Of a DNA stretch of 64,000 nucleotides, positions 38,809-51,500 are shown one piece after another. The position numbers were made by a program, and so were the translations under genes. The notes under the pieces were generated by a model that saw nothing but the letters and a program-made list of their open reading frames with translations, did not search any database and was not told the origin of the DNA. Numbering within the stretch: the first letter of the stretch is position 1; each line of letters begins with the position of its first letter. Source of the DNA: Octopus sinensis (Eukaryota); NCBI RefSeq assembly GCF_006345805.1, contig NC_043003.1, positions 85,436,001 to 85,500,000 of the forward strand, read 5' to 3'.

Positions 38809-41019
38809 CCCTTTGAACCCTAACCACCCATTGGAATTGAATGCACCACCCTAAGCTCCCAATGAGTTTCATTGAAAATTTTTAATTTTTTAATATAAGC
38901 TGAAAGACGTGCTTGTTTCACAACACAAAGGTACAAAATGGTGAAAAGTTATAGAATACATGATGTTCAAGTCTTTTTTCATTAATTTATCTCCAATACT
39001 GCACTTTGTTGTGCCAATCGTGCCAGCAGTTTGATCCTGGTTTCCCAATACAGAGGAAAACTTTGCTGTGTTTATACCAGAAAATAGTCTTTGACTGTTT
39101 TAGCAAGTTCTTATACTGAGCATTTGGATTTGCTCTCTTAGCCTGCCTATGTATCTCCATGCACATATCACAATGACTATTTGTGGTTGCATGTTCAGCT
39201 CATTCCACCTCATGTAATCCAACGACAACCAAATGATCCTCTGCAGTTGCTGGATGATCATATCCCACTTGGGTACTGACCCTTACATTACTGATTAGTT
39301 CATGACAAAGCTTACCCAAAGAAGCATGGAATGTCAAGGTTCTTTTGTTAGGCTTAACATAGGGCTTGTAAAATCCGTGCAAAACATAGGCATTATATGA
39401 TGTCCACATAAAGAACTTCATCACTAATCAGTGAGGCCATTTGTAATGGCATCGACAATTTTGCAGGTGCATCATTTAGTCGGTTTTTTTTTTCTGTTCT
39501 TCCCACGACAGAGGACAGAGGACAGAGTTCATTACAGTCACACCTAGGAACTGAGCTCATGGGTGAATCCACATATATTGACGAATCAAAATAAATAGAG
39601 CATTTGTCTATCCATACCATCACTGCAACATACCTATTGAACAGAACCACTGATTCCCCCTTTTGAATTTGCCTGTTAGTTCTTTTGAGACATTTTGGGA
39701 AAGACCTTCTGTTGATCAAAGCTGTTCCACACAGTCTTATGCCTTTATCCAATAAATATTCTGAAAGCTCAACTGATGTATAAAATCTGTTCAGAGCTCA
39801 ACACCCGTCCATCATTCGCACTACGAGATTCCCCGTGACACACAAATTATCAACTGCTTGGGCATCCAGTCGCCTCTCAGTGTACACTTCAGCATTCACA
39901 ATGTAACCATTTGCACTGTCTGTTAACAAGAATGTCTGGATGAGTTTGTCTTTGATGTCTTGCTTTATGGATAAGGCGTTTTTGATCAGAATCATGCCTT
40001 CATCTAAAGATAGCTCACATTCAGGCACAAAATATTTAGAAACCTTGGCAAGATATAATCTATAATTGGCCGTGAGTTATATATTTTGTCTTTCTTATTT
40101 ACATTAAGATCATCCTCATCAACACAGTGTAGCATTGACCATATAGCTAAAAACCTGTCCCTTACCATGACCTGTCCAAATCCTGGAGTTGATGTCAAAA
40201 AGCTGCCTTTTGTACACCAGTACTGTTCATACCTATCCTTATGAACTAACATCTCTATGGTAACTCTACAAGCAAAGAAGGCTTTCATCTCTTTTACTGT
40301 TGTGCCATAACAATTTTCTGCAGCATAGTTATTGGGCTTATCAGCCTTGACATGTGCAGCATTCTTATTACTTTCTCTAACCAAAATGTCCCAAAGAACA
40401 GGGAAAGGAAATCCAGGGGGCCACTTTCTCTATTTATATGAGGTGAAATATCCTTTGGGCCTGTGGGGTGGTTAGGACTAAACTGTTTTGGTGTAAAACC
40501 AGCCGTATCTCATCTCCAAGGAGCAGGCATATTCATGTTTACTACCGCCATCAAGCCTCTGCCACACCCACCATTACATCCCCTCTCTCCCCTATTAGCC
40601 TGGGGTATTTGGGCATGCACTGCAGCATTGTCTACATTATGTACAAGTTCACCTTGATCGCTGTCAGAATCACTGGGCGATTCTTTGCTAGTTTCTTGCA
40701 CAAAATCACTTTCATTACCATAATCAGACTTGTCTAAATCCTCCTCGTCATCACTAAGAATTTGAGCTAGTGCTTCTTCAGTACTGACACATTTTGAAGA
40801 CATTCTCAGCAAAATTCAAGCACAAAATAAGGAATCAGACAGACTATGTACGCCAAAGACCTGAAATAACACGCTCGCTGATTGGTTGCTAAGTGGCTCA
40901 AGTTGCTATTTTTATAGCATGTAACAAAATGAAGACATGTAGAGTGCCAGTAGACCAGCATTTTGGGAATATATGGCCTTGGCAAAGTGCCGGTGTACAG
41001 GCATTTCAGGTTCTAATGG
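38809..41019 (-). mobile_element. Decayed piggyBac (PGBD4-like) transposon
   Basis: TTAA|ccctttgaacc ... ggttctaatgg|TTAA; acidic N-terminus MSSKCVSTEEALAQILSDDEEDLDKSD; motifs RDRFLAIWSMLH, LSLDEGMI, CGTALINR; multiple frameshifts. Confidence 0.9.
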
Positions 41020-41260
41020 TTAAGCATGATATCTTGCATTTAACTCTCTACCTACTGTCAGTTTACCCAACTTACTGTGGTTGCAAAATAACCACAATGT
41101 TTGCTGGAAAATTTGCCTACAGTAATCTAACAACCCCAATGAGTAATAGATAAATTTATCACTTCTTAACACTTCAGAAACCAAAAGCAGACACTATAGC
41201 AATAAATCTCTTTTCCTTGTGAAAGGCTAAATTGCTTTATTTCGTTATGTTTTAAATTAA

Positions 41261-41492
41261 AGGCGGCGAGCTGGCAGAAACGTTAGCACACCGGGCGAAA
41301 TGCGTAGCTGTATTTCGTCTGTTGTTACGTTCCGAGTTCAAATTCCGCCGAGGTCGACTTTGCCTTTCATTCTTTCGGGGTCGATAAATTAAGTACCAGT
41401 TACGCACTGGGGTCGACGTAATCGACTTAATCCGTTTGTCTGTCCTTGTTTGTCCCCTCTGTGTTTGGCCCCTTGTGGGTAGTAAAGAAATA
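41261..41492 (+). mobile_element. tRNA-derived SINE family B, young CpG-rich full copy
   Basis: ggcggcgagctggcagaaacgttagc...gagttcaaattccgccgaggtcgactttgcctttcat...gtgggtagtaaagaaata; older copies lie on the - strand at ~53610-53762 and ~53800-53990. Confidence 0.88.
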
Positions 41493-41520
41493 TATGTTTT
41501 AAATTTTCAAAGAAACTTAC

Positions 41521-41695
41521 ATATTGTGCCAGTTTTTTAATACCATTAGGAAATCTTTTAGGATCAGCTTGCAAACGTCCTTCCGCATCTCTTTCTTTTG
41601 CTAACCAGCAGTCATCAATATTTATATATTCATAACCGAGATCTCTGAAGCCATCAGCAACAATGTGATCTGCCATTTGCATAAACAGTCTCTCA
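41521..41695 (-). CDS. NAGA: GH27 glycosidase coding exon 2
   Basis: Acceptor ttttctatttacag, donor GTAAGT; 175 nt; (S)[58 protein letters not shown] with the IDDCW motif. Confidence 0.96.
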
Positions 41696-41915
41696 CTGTA
41701 AATAGAAAATATAGCATACATAATAAAACTAGTTGAATGGTTAACAGAAACAACATCACAAGGAAAAAATAATGACTAATATCAAACAAATGTTACATAA
41801 AACCATCCCCTTCATAGTAGCATGGGCCATGAGTAGAGAGAGGAAGAATATCATTTATTTTATCATTCAACTTATATAATCTAGTCACTTGACTTGTTGC
41901 TTTTTTTCTTTTTTC

Positions 41916-42262
41916 AAGGCTATGTGGTAAAATTGTTGTTCCAGGTTCAGTTCTACTGCATGACACCTTGGGTAAATGTTGTCTAACTACAGTGCCAGTC
42001 TGACCAAAGCTTTGTGAGTGGATTTGTGGACAGAAACTAAAAGAAGCCCATTGTGTGTGTGTGAGAGTGTGTGTGTCCACTACTGCTTGACAACTGGTGT
42101 TGGTGTGTTTGTATCCCCATAACTTAGCAGTTCAGCAAAAGAGATTGATAGAATAAATACCAAAGTTATAAAAGAAGTAGTAGGGTTGACGCATTTGATT
42201 AAAAATTCTTCAAGGCAGTGTCCCAGCATGGCCACAGTCTAATGATTGAAACAAGTAAAAGA
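41916..42262 (+). mobile_element. SINE family A, diverged copy
   Basis: Same core and tail as 4076-4462. Confidence 0.8.
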
Positions 42263-42533
42263 TATCTAAATGATCAAGCTCAAGGAAATTTGTTTAACTA
42301 GTCAAACTTTGCTCTCTTTCCCCAGAGACATATTAAACTGCCCCCAACAATTCCATACCATCTTCCAACCTATGCAGTCTTTTTAAAATGCCCCGTTATC
42401 ATCCTTGTATCCAACAAAAAGGTTCAATGTAACACATCTCAATGTCCCTCAATCAAGAATTCTAACATTCATTCCAATGAACTAATTAGGAATGTTTGTG
42501 ATTATAGATATGTAAATATATATAAAGCAAAGT

Positions 42534-42833
42534 GGAGGCACATGGCCTAGTGGTTAAAGCAGCAGACTTGCGGTCAAGAGATTGTGGGTTTGAATCTCAG
42601 ACCGGGCGATGTGTGTGTTTATGAGCGAAATACCTACATGGCTCCAGCAGAAGGTAATGGCGAACTTCTGCTGACTCTTTCATAACAACTTTCTCTCAAT
42701 CTTTCTTCCTGCATCTAGCAGCTCACAGGCAAAAGACTGGCATCCCATCCAGGTGGGAAACCTATATACCAATGAAACCGAGAAACCAGCCCTTATGAGC
42801 CAGGCATGGCTCGAGAAGGAACAAACAACAACA
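42534..42833 (+). mobile_element. tRNA-derived SINE family C with an RTE-like (AAC)n tail
   Basis: A box tggcctagtggtt, B box ggtttgaatct, central gactggcatcccatccagg, tail ggcatggctcgagaaggaacaaacaacaac. Confidence 0.8.
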
Positions 42834-43300
42834 TAAAAAGCAAAAGCACTCCTCATCCTTAATCCACTGGGGAGATCTTTTCATGGGTGCTCATCCTGTT
42901 AGATATAACAGTCAAATCTTTGTAAAATCACACTTAACTGTCTGTAACCAAATGTATATTTGGTAGCATAGTCTGTGAAGTAAGATGAAGTGATCACACC
43001 TGAAATGCCTTTGATCAGGTCTGCTGAATCAGTGTCTACTTGTGACTAAACAACAGCTATTTAGGACAAGGGTTCTCAACCAGGATCCATATCAGATTTT
43101 GTTGTTAAAATTTATGCACATTCTTTTAACATAAAACTATTGCATGTCTTCTCAGCATTCTTTCCATATGCATGCCATATGTATACTTATACACTATACA
43201 TATGCACTATAGGAATATATGATAGAATAATATCAAATCAATGTAAAACATACTATCTTAAAGGTAGTGTGTTCACACACACACATATATATATATACAT

Positions 43301-43353
<53 letters not shown>

Positions 43354-43395
43354 TGAGAAAGTTGGTGTGTGAAGTGCACGTGGTTGAATATATAG

Positions 43396-43608
43396 AAAAT
43401 AGTAAAAAGTGAAAAAACTACAGAAGGCTTGTTTTAAAAGGTTAAAAAATATATATTTGAGTCATTATGTCTGAAGAATGTTATAAATTTTTTTCATACA
43501 ACTATGTCATTGTATGAAAAAAATTTATAACATTCTTCAGACATAATGACTCAAATATATATTTTTTAACCTTTTAAAACAAGCCTTCTGTAGTTTTTTC
43601 ACTTTTAC

Positions 43609-43614
<6 letters not shown>
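43396..43614. repeat. Near-perfect ~106-bp hairpin with an 8-nt loop
   Basis: Arms 43396-43501 and 43510-43614 differ only by a 1-nt indel in a homopolymer; loop ctatgtca; TA tracts on both sides. Confidence 0.95.
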
Positions 43615-43641
<27 letters not shown>

Positions 43642-44616
43642 ATGGGCTTCTTTTAGTTTCTGTCCACCAAATCCACTCACAAAGCTTTGGTCAGACTGGC
43701 ATTGTATGTATATGTATATATATATATATATATATATTAAATATATATCAGGAAAAAAATCTATATAGGAAGCAATGAATAAATCATGCAATGACATTGC
43801 AAAAAGCTACCAGGTTAAATAAAAACTTGAACCACACAATTGAAACAGCATTAAATTAAAATAGTGGTCTATGTGGCATATTTAACATATATACACCACT
43901 GACAGGTATGCTGCTGTAGTTTGCATTTGAGAGAAAGAAAACTGAAACATGTCTGATATTCATGTGTGTTACTGCTGTGAGATGGCTATCTTGCTTTGAT
44001 ATACATTATGTTTTTAACACAGCATGTCGATAAAGAGATTTTCTTTCAAACAAAAATCGCAGCCTCATACCTGTCAGAGTTTTATATCCATTAAATATAA
44101 CACATAGATAGTTATTTTAAGTATGCTTGTATGTGTGTATGCATAGATACACATGTAACTAGCTTAGTGTATTAAAACACTGACAAATAATAGGGAAGAA
44201 ACGCTAAATGGCTTATCATAATTATATCCAAATCCATGTTGTTTAAACCTTTCCTCTCATTCACTAAAATGAATACAAGTAATATAATAGGCTTTGTTTA
44301 TTCAGCTATAACTATTTACATATGGGGGGGAAAAATCAAATATCAAAATGGACAGTGATGCAACATGTCTGAACTGCAATGCTGCACCTTACACTATAAA
44401 GTGTGTAATTTATCATAGTTAGTATGCAAGGTAGAGATATATAGGGTGAAACTTTATTTTAGCGATTCTTTCAAATGTCAATAAAATAAGTACCAGTAGG
44501 AACACTGGGGTTCATATAATCGACTAGCCCCCCACTTCCAAAATTTCAGGCCTTGTACCTATAGTAGGAAGAATTATTTATATATACAAGATGCAGTTCC
44601 AGAAAAGAATTACTCT

Positions 44617-44790
44617 AGACATGGCTGTGCAGTAAGGGGCTTGCTTCCCATCCATATGGTTCTGGGTTCAGTTTCACTGTGTGGCACTTTGGGTGTCTTC
44701 TACTATAGCCACAGGCTAACCAAAGACTTGTGACTGAATTTGGTAGACAGAAACTGAAAGAAGTCCCTCATATATATATATATGTATATA

Positions 44791-44837
<47 letters not shown>

Positions 44838-44907
44838 TGCTGTGTATGTGTTTCAAGGTGGTGCCCCAGCATAGCCACAGTCAAATGCCTGAAACAAGTA
44901 AAAGAAG
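44617..44907 (+). mobile_element. SINE family A, internally deleted copy
   Basis: agacatggctgtgcagtaag...ggttcagtttcactgtgtggcactttggg...aaggtggtgccccagcatagccacagtcaaatg. Confidence 0.8.
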
Positions 44908-44975
44908 ATATATATATATATATCGTCCAACTCGTGCTAGTGCGGAAAACGGACGTTAAACGATGATGATGATGA

Positions 44976-45012
<37 letters not shown>

Positions 45013-45551
45013 TAGATAGATAGATATCAATCTCAGGATGTTGGGCTTCATGGTGGAAATGACAATGAACCAAGATGTCTGGTGATATGAGGTTCTTAAG
45101 AAGACCCACCCACGTCAGCAGAACTGAGTTCCAGAAGCACTGTGTGTCCCACCCACACATAAAAAGAAAACTTCTCACACACCCTACCACAACAAACCAA
45201 ACAACATCTCTACATTCCTTCTCTTCTTTGCATTTTGACTTCAAGTACTATGCTTACCTCCCACTCTTCAATCTTGTCCTCTTGGCCCTGTCTCACTGCA
45301 TCAGTGCTATTTGCTAGCCAACCCCCAACTCTAAATACCCAGATTTCCACCACTCACTTCCCCTCCCCACTCTCTAACCATACTTCTTTGGCAATATCCG
45401 GTCACTCATATTATGACCTTTGAACCTCAAGGGTATGCCCTGGCACTTGCCACCATCTATATATCTCTCTGCTTTTACCCAACCATTCCATATATATTCT
45501 GAGTATGCCCTTATGAGTATGCCCAGCACTTTGCCACTATCTCTATCCTGA

Positions 45552-45585
<34 letters not shown>

Positions 45586-46015
45586 CCCAGCCAGGTAACC
45601 TCTACAGGAAGACACCTGTTTTTGTCTCTCTGTTTCATTATAACCTTTCATCTACTGACGCAAGATCACCTCCTCCAATACCCTCTCCCCTCTCAAAAGA
45701 TTTTTGTCTTGCAAGTTACTTGGTGACCCTGTCAGTACAGGTGCCACTTAAAAAGCATTCAGTCCACATTATAAAGTGGTTGGTATTTAGAAGGGCATCC
45801 AGCTGTAAAAATCTTGCTAAAACTGACCTCGCCTGTGTTTGTGCCATGTAAAAAGCACTAAGTCCACTCTGCTGGGTAGTTGGTGTTAAGAAAGGCATCC
45901 AACTGTAAAAATCCTGCCAAAACAGTTACAGAAGTCTGGTGCAGGCTTCTGCCTAGCTGACTTCTGTCAAACCATCCCACCCATGCCAGCATGGAAGGCA
46001 GATGTTAAATGATGA

Positions 46016-46218
46016 TATATATATATATATTATATAGGGAGAGTTTACGAAAAAACAAAAGACGAAGACATGTGGTGTACAAAACAAACAGATGTATTAG
46101 TATAACGCTCAGGAATAGAAAAAGTCTTTTACGTTTCGAGCCTACGCTCTTCTACAGAAAGGGACACAGAAAAAACAAAGAGAGAATAAAATGTGTGTAG
46201 TGGCTAACGATCTATCAT
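46016..46218 (-). mobile_element. Penelope-type pLTR-like fragment carrying a minimal hammerhead-like motif
   Basis: - strand ctttCTGTAGAagagcgtaggctcGAAACGTAaaag; inserted between TA tracts. Confidence 0.55.
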
Positions 46219-46283
46219 GGTATATATATACATGGTGGTTGTCTACTCTTTATGCAGAGTTTGGCCACCTCTTGTACTTACAC

Positions 46284-46620
46284 CTAAGCTCCATCATGGC
46301 GTCTGATGTGGCCTTTTAAACTAGACAATGTTTTGAAAAGACACCCACATAAATTGCATATCTGCTTTAGTCTACCAAGAGCAGCAGTTAAATTCTGATT
46401 GTTGTGGATCTTAAAATGTCTTTTGAGGCCTCCGTTAGATTTGCAGACCTTATGGTATACATGGCATTGACAGGTATGCACAGATAGATAGGCAGAGTAA
46501 TTTGAGGTGGTTCATTTTTCATAGGTCCGCAAATGAGATTTGAGCCCAGCAAAAGAAAGGTATGGTCTGTCACAAATTGTGCACACAAAAAGATGGTTGG
46601 GATTCATTTTCTCTCTCTCT
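46284..46620 (-). mobile_element. 3' end of a LINE-like ORF with three C2H2 zinc fingers (probably RTE-clade), decayed
   Basis: KRERENESQPSFVCTICDRPYLSFAGLKSHLRTY EK* ... CHVYHKVCKSNGGLKRHFKIH ... CNLCGCLFKTLSSLKGHIRRHDGA*; truncated at a TA tract; no TGEKP linkers. Confidence 0.6.
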
Positions 46621-46640
46621 CTCTTGCTATATATATATAT

Positions 46641-49600
46641 ATATATAAGGTCATTTTTCCCTATAACTCTTAACCAAAATGAATAAGTTACTGTATTTAT
46701 TCATGTATAAGTCATACTATTTTATACCTATTTTAACTGCACAAACTGAGATGCAAGTTATTCACAAGGCAAAGCTGATATTAAGTTTGAATAGGAGGGT
46801 AAAAAATTCTGCACCAAGACTTAACACTAAATAAGGTATGCAACTTATACACAAGTCAATACAGAAATACTGCTTTCACTTCACCATGGGTGTAATTTTA
46901 ATTAATATTTCTTGACTTACTACATTAATTATGCAGGCATCAGCTTTACTATATATTCTGTTAATTTTTTAATACTATGCCACCTATGGTATTAACTTTT
47001 ACATCTACAAGCCAACAGGATAGCTTCTATGCAGTCATTCAATCTTTTAGAATTAGAAGCCAAACACCCCCAAATTACTCCCAACTGATTTGTAATACTA
47101 AATATAAGAAAAGAATAGGTGGTCACAGCTGGAATGCTCTTGATCATAAATCTTGCTCAATGAGGGAAGGCATGATTCAAAACAACAACCATAGCTTCTG
47201 CATCTAACTCTGCATCTAACTCAAATCAGCATTTCAAAATATAGGCCATAGTAGAGAACATGACAAAAAATTATCTAATTTTATCTTTCTTTTTATGATA
47301 TGTCATAGTTGAAATTTCATTTTGATGTAAAAAAATAATAATAATTAATTGATAATCACGTTATATGGTAATGAGGTAAAAATACTGCTGATATCATTTA
47401 TGACTTTTAGAATATTTAAATTGAGTAAGTCAAGGATGAAAATATGTTTGGTGTTATAATCAACTGGACCAGATAACAATTAGCTCTGGTAATTAGATAA
47501 TTTTACAAAATTACACCACTATTACAGTCAACACTAAAGCTACCATAACTATAGTCTCTACATACCAGGAACTTTGATGTTCTTGGTTCTGTCTCCTCTG
47601 CCAATTTTCTACCATCACTACAGAAGCTTCTTCTCCTAGGAACTGGCTCCTGTCAACTCCATTCAAGCACTCTTGATTCATTCATCTCATCATCCATATT
47701 GTTACCCAACCCATTACTTCCCAAGGAACACACAAACCTCTTTTTCCAGTTCTTTCTTCTCTAGAACAGAATCCCTCTATAGAATTCAGTCTCTGCCTAT
47801 GTTCTCCCTGTAACCCATCAACTTACAGTTATTCAAGAATAACTGTAACTGACAGAGAGGTATCATGTATTCAACTTTAGCTTCTTTATTTATTACTCAT
47901 GCATGTATTTCTACATATATATGTATTACATTCTAAGTATCTATATATAATAAACTTTTTTATTGAAACAAAATGTATATTTCATTGATATCATAAATTA
48001 TATTGTCATAGTATACATACAACTCATTATAAATCTCCAAAATGAACAATTAATTTTTCATTTTTCACCATGCATTACAACATTTAGAAGTGGTTTCTTC
48101 ATTATTATTGCAGCTCAAACAATCCTTTTGAGGTAAGTTACTGATAATTAAGTTTGATTTGACTTTTTTTCCAACTAAGGCCACTAAAAATCTTACATAA
48201 AGTAAGACGCTGTTGTGTGGACGCCCCCAGACGATGAAGTAGGCTAGCCCAATATGTAGATATAAAGGGAGAAGTCTAGATGTCGAGGAGTTGAGTAGAG
48301 GGCATCCAAGCATGCGATATAACAGTGGTGATGAGGATGAGATGTTCACACAACCACTGTGTAGTATTGCGATGTAACAGACATACAAATGAAACAGAAG
48401 ATGAAAGAAATTTTAGAAGAGGGAATGAGAATACATGCTCAAGAAAGATTAAATGAAAAAGATAGAAGTATGAAGTAGTAAAAGGCTGAAAATGTGAGAT
48501 GAAGGAGAAATGATGTAAATAATGTAACACGAATGAACAACTATTTTCCTGTTATTTTACCATTTTTATTTACATCCTCATACTCTCATTCGCAACTTTC
48601 GTCATGTACATTTTAAAACAAAACTTCCAATTGGAAAAAAAAATCAAATATTCAAACAAACCAGCTAAATTGTGGTAAATAACCCAAATTTTAGTAAAAC
48701 AGTAGCTGTCATTACTGACAACATAAGTATTCTAGTATACATATAAATCATTGAAATACAAACATGATTTATAATCCACAACAGATTTGTCTTAGAAAAC
48801 CTTCAGTGCAAATATACAATTTAACGACCAGTGCCGTATGATCAACATCATGTGATCATTAATCCAGTATCATATGACCTACCACTATGTTACATGACCT
48901 AGACTATCATCAGCATTCCTGACTGTAATAAAAATGTTTAATTTAGCATTACTACAATTATATAGTATAAGAGCAAAAGTTCAGACATATTTTTTGTTAT
49001 TGCTAGTGCAGATCTAGATGATCCTTAGCCCAAAAGATCTGTGATATATACATTGTTGAACAATTAGACCCTATCCACAGATCTAGTGCATCAAATATAT
49101 TGCACCCTATATTACTCTACCTAGCATACTATGATAGTCCAGACATATTGTACTGCTGTCTTCACTTCTCAGTCAATATAGTTCCACTTGAAATCATTTG
49201 ATAAGTCAGAGTCATATGATGAGTGTTGCATCACATGACATTAATAAGACTGAGTCGTATGGCCTTCATTGTATCGTGTCAACTACACAACATTAATAGC
49301 TATATTGATTAAACAATATTGACTGCTTTAGATTAGTTAAAATTTCCATTTTTTTCTTTTGAATTTTTCTTATATGTAAATAGTTATAGCTGAACAAATC
49401 AAGCCCAGTATATTATTTGTATGGCTTTAGCAATCTGTGGTGAATGAAAGAAAAAAATGGAAATAACATGGATTTAGTTACCATTACAGTAAACCATTGA
49501 TAGTTTTTTTTTCCCATTGCTCACCAACTTTTAACCCTTCAATATTCAGATTACTCTGTCAAATGTAATGCTTATTTGTTCACATATACTGAATTAATTA

Positions 49601-50670
49601 TGCATTACCTCATAGCTTCAAGATTCCAGTGATCTGGTTGCTTATTTTGAGAATGACATTATAGGATAGGTATGAGAGGCCAGATCTGGCCAGTTTGTAA
49701 ATAAAAAAAGGTAGAATATTTGAGGTCAGGTATACTGTATTTAAATGTTGAAGGCTTAAACACCACCAAACTAGTTACATAAAATGATTAATATTCATTT
49801 ATGGCATACACTATTGTATTGGTTTCTAAACCAGTTTTACTTGTGGCTTACCTCCCACACATATATATAAGGTCATTTTTCCCTATAACTCTTAACCAAA
49901 ATGAATAAGTTACTGTATTTATTCATGTATAAGTCATACTATTTTATACCTATTTTAACTGCACAAACTGAGATGCAAGTTATTCACAAGGCAAAGCTGA
50001 TATTAAGTTTGAATAGGAGGGTAAAAAATTCTGCACCAAGACTTAACACTAAATAAGGTATGCACTTATACACAAGTCAATACAGAAATACTGCTTTCAC
50101 TTCACCATGGGTGTAATTTTAATATATTCTTGACTTACTACATTAATTATGCAGGCATCAGCTTTACTATATATTCTGTTAATTTTTTAATACTATGCCA
50201 CCTATGGTATTAACTTTTACATCTACAAGCCAACAGGATAGCTTCTATGCAGTCATTCAATCTTTTAGAATTAGAAGCCAAACACCCCCAAATTACTCCC
50301 AACTGATTTGTAATACTAAATATAAGAAAAGAATAGGTGGTCACAGCTGGAATGCTCTTGATCATAAATCTTGCTCAATGAGGGAAGGCATGATTCAAAA
50401 CAACAACCATAGCTTCTGCATCTAACTCAAATCAGCATTTCAAAATATAGGCCATAGTAGAGAACATGACAAAAAATTATCTAATTTTATCTTTCTTTTT
50501 ATGATATTCTACCTATATAAAAAGAATATTTGAGGTCAGGTATACTGTATTTAAATGTTAAAGGCTTAAACACCACCAAACTAGTTACATAAAATGATTA
50601 ATATTCATTTATGGCATACACTATTGTATTGGTTTCTAAACCAGTTTTACTTGTGGCTTACCTCCCACAC
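46641..50670 (+). repeat. Recent local duplications: Y (46641-47301) copied at 49861-50507, flanked by a direct repeat X (49713-49860 / ~50523-50670)
   Basis: Near-identical sequences read directly; a few small indels, including a 12-bp tandem unit ctgcatctaact present twice only in the first copy. Confidence 0.92.
49535..49755. mobile_element. piggyBac-type MITE (~225 bp)
   Basis: TTAA|cccttcaatatt ... aatgttgaaggc|TTAA; same family as 63275-63504 and a partial copy near 16437-16600. Confidence 0.75.
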
Positions 50671-51319
50671 CCCAATCCTGTCCTCTTGGCCCTGTCTCAC
50701 TGTATCATTGTTATCTGCTAGCACCTGACATGTGTGTTCCACCCATATGTAATAAGAAAACTTTTCACACACCCTACCACAACAAACCAATCTACATCCC
50801 TACATCTCTTTTCTTCCTCACATTTCCTCCTTCATACACTAAACCTACCTCTCACTCCCGAAGCCTGGCCTCACAGTCTTGCTTCTCTGTACCATTGCTA
50901 TCCAGTAGCCCTGCCGCACACTAAATATATGCAGGTTTTCACTATGTATATAGTGTATGATTAATTTATGGAATGAAGTTCTATAAATCCAATCATATTT
51001 GTCGAAAATGGAGACTATAAGATGTTAAAAAGTTGTAAGAAGTTTAATCATGCATACAATTGTTTCGTACATAGATATAAATTCATATTTGAATTTGAAA
51101 ATTATCGTAGTACTCATCAGTGCAGAGAGAAATAATAATAGGAACTTTAAAAAAAGAGCAGAGAAGCTGAATCTATGAGCTTCATGTTTGTCTGCTCTTA
51201 TATGTGTGCGATAGTGATGGGAGTCATGCCAAATTTTAAAACACAACTAACAGATGAATGGTTGGAGGAAGATGTAAATGTAGAGATATCGATAACACTC
51301 TCTCTATAGATTAGTGTAT

Positions 51320-51500
51320 ATATGCATGTATGTATGTATGTATGTATGTATGTGTGCGTGTATGTATGCATGTATGTATGTATATATAGGTATGTATGTA
51401 TGTATGTATGTATGTATGCATGTATGTATGCATGCATGCATGTATGCATGCATGTATGTATGCATGCATGTATGTATGCATGCATGTATGCATGTATATA
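51320..51500. repeat. (TATG)n/(CATG)n microsatellite
   Basis: Directly visible. Confidence 0.95.

Noticed and set aside
42534-42610. tRNA-Arg-like gene; similar heads at 1245 and 41261
   Set aside because: No complete cloverleaf; each continues into a SINE body and tail.
46284-46481. Functional host C2H2-ZNF gene nested in the intron
   Set aside because: An in-frame stop, a degenerate second finger, no TGEKP linkers and 5' truncation at a TA tract; a LINE remnant fits better.
48065-48530. 107-aa and 84-aa - strand ORFs as a nested gene or a solo LTR
   Set aside because: No recognisable domain, splice context or confirmable LTR ends; left unassigned.
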